In this document: piece after piece, positions 62,200 through 64,000 of the stretch
How the letters are laid out: each line of letters opens with the position of its first letter
Numbering within the stretch: position 1 is the stretch's first letter
Assembly: GCF_009914755.1 (NCBI RefSeq)
Contig: NC_060935.1
Length of the DNA stretch: 64,000 nt
From: the human T2T-CHM13v2.0 reference genome, Homo sapiens
Direction: 5' to 3' (one strand)
Program-made: the position numbers and the translations under genes
Notes under the pieces: generated by a model
What the model was told of the DNA's origin: nothing
Databases searched by the model: none
What the model saw: only the letters and a program-made list of their open reading frames with translations

Positions 62200-62345
62200 C
62201 TTTTTTTTTTTTAATCCCTAACTTTATGGAGGCTTAATTGCCAAATAAAAATTGTATATATTTAAGGTGTACAGTGTGATGATTTGATCTATGCATACAT
62301 TATGAAATGATTCCCACTATCAAACTAATTAACACATCCATCAGC
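62200..62345 (-). mobile_element. Short L1MA 3' end
   Basis: T tail followed by aaataaaaattgtatatatttaaggtgtacagtgtgatgatttgat ... ctaattaacacatccatca. Confidence 0.8.
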
Positions 62346-64000
62346 TTGCTTCAGCTCTTTACACGTATAGACTGATTCCCATCTTAACAACTTCCGTTTT
62401 TTTTCCTGACTAAAGCTCATTAACACTCACATGAAAGTATTACCACCTTCAGCTAGAAAACAACGGTCATTTCCACTCTCAGGGACTTCTAGGACTTTCT
62501 CCTGCTTTCCACTAATTGTAACTGGCATAGATTTGACCATCTCCCAGGTACTGAAGTCATGTCCATTTTCTACTAATTCCCCAAAATCTCAAGGGCAAGA
62601 AGTTCCATTCTTTCCTTGAGAAAGCAGGTTGGAATATACAGGAATAGTTCCATATGCATTTCAGCTGTGGGTAATGAGCCCTCATAGCCTTGATGTACTT
62701 TCCTGAATTGAAACCAAAGCATGTGAGGAAGGTTTTGACTTTGGTTAATTACTAGGAAAATAAAGAAAGGAATATTGGGAGGGAAGGAGAGAAAGCCTCT
62801 GAAATTAGTAAGTGACTTCCTCTTAATGACATTTTGAGGTAACACATTTTCCTTCATTTTTGTGTTAATAGAGAAGTAGAGATTTATAATTGGTCCCTTT
62901 GGTGACCTGGCAGTGCTTACATTACTTATGCAATTGTTTTTGTTTTTGTGTGAAGCCAGGGAAAAAAATTGTTTTGTTTCTGGCTCCTGTAATGTAATGC
63001 CAGCCACCCAGAAGGCATGTGGCTAAGCTTTTCTTCAGGGTCTCTAAGACTCTCCAGGACACATGGACCAGGCTGCCATTGTCTTTCCAGCTGCCAGCCC
63101 AGAGATCTGGGCTGGGTGACCCAGGTGCTGTTCCCAAGGGTTGTTCTTTTTGATTCAGAGATTGTTACAGAAATGCTGTTTCTAATATAAGAGCAATAGC
63201 CAGGGAGGTGGAAAGGCAGTGGAAGAGCCTGACCTCCCACTAAGAATGGGTGTTAGAGTGAAGGGTTAGAATGAGTTGACAGATATTGTTTAAACAGGGT
63301 AACAAGAAGGTGTGATGGAGATATTTGGGTGGGCTGAGATGTAGTCGAGGATTGCCCTTGTGACCAGAAATAATATGTCTGGTTATAACACTGTGGAGTG
63401 GGACAAGGGTAAGCACCTGCATTATACATTATCTTTGTCATAGTGAGAGATGAGCTGTGTGCTTGCTGGGAACATGATAGGTCCTGTGGCACAAATGAAT
63501 CTATAGGAAAGCAAGGCACTTTAAATGGGATTTATCAGCTCCAGTATGTTTACTGGGCTTAGGAAGGTGTGTATGTCTGTAGAGGGTCCAGGAGTGAGTC
63601 TTTTGTTTCACAGCTATAGCTTTGCCTATTTTTCTAGCATTGTTCCCGATGTGAAGTTTCAGGATTCAAGACTACTGATTTCTCGTTCCAACCTTTGTGG
63701 GATCCAGTCCATTGGTGGATGAAGTCCAACTCCTTTGTGGGATTCAAGGCCTTTTAGATGATAGCAGTGTTTTAGGTCTTCTTCAGCAGAGCTTCCACAT
63801 AGAACCTGTTAGTTCCAATCAGCATGGTTGGCCTGGTGATATTCCAATTTCACGCTTCTTCCATCTCTCCATGTTATCACCCCATCCTTTTGAAGCTCAG
63901 ATTGAGTCCCCTTTTTTTAAGAAGCCCTCCCTGACTTCTTAAAAGGAGGGCTTTTAAGCCCTGACAGGCAGTAGTATGAACCCTCGTCTGATTCTCTAAG

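Overview
Primate (almost certainly human) genomic DNA, mostly intronic. It is rich in ancient MIR/L2/MER repeats and carries 7 Alu-family elements, several L1 fragments, a truncated SVA and MaLR/ERVL solo LTRs. Two independent landmarks place it inside NAV2 (neuron navigator 2 / RAINB1 / HELAD1, 11p15.1, + strand). First, an 80-nt near-perfect hairpin at 40445-40524 matches hsa-mir-4694 as I recall it (minus strand). Second, a CpG island at ~57250-58460 holds two short phase-0 coding exons, MSVMLWRWEQNNTTMKL (57909-57959) and MAIDLYCGLACLWGIHEPR (58368-58424), which I recall as alternative NAV2 N-termini. The common downstream exon (IYTDWANHY..., CH domain) is not in the ORF track, so the window appears to be the long intron after an upstream first exon plus an internal alternative promoter. 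The gene identification is from memory, not from a search. Nearly all ORFs in the track are spurious. I see no convincing novel protein-coding system. The best leads are regulatory or RNA-level: (1) the splice/uORF/three-frame-stop architecture of the internal promoter; (2) the strand ambiguity of the miR-4694 hairpin; (3) a perfect DR5 retinoic-acid element and perfect DR1/TCF sites in a gene known to respond to retinoic acid and Wnt; (4) a palindromic CTCF site; (5) a closely spaced inverted Alu pair; (6) a compound (TG)n duplication upstream of the promoter. Repeat boundaries and subfamily calls were made by eye and are approximate.
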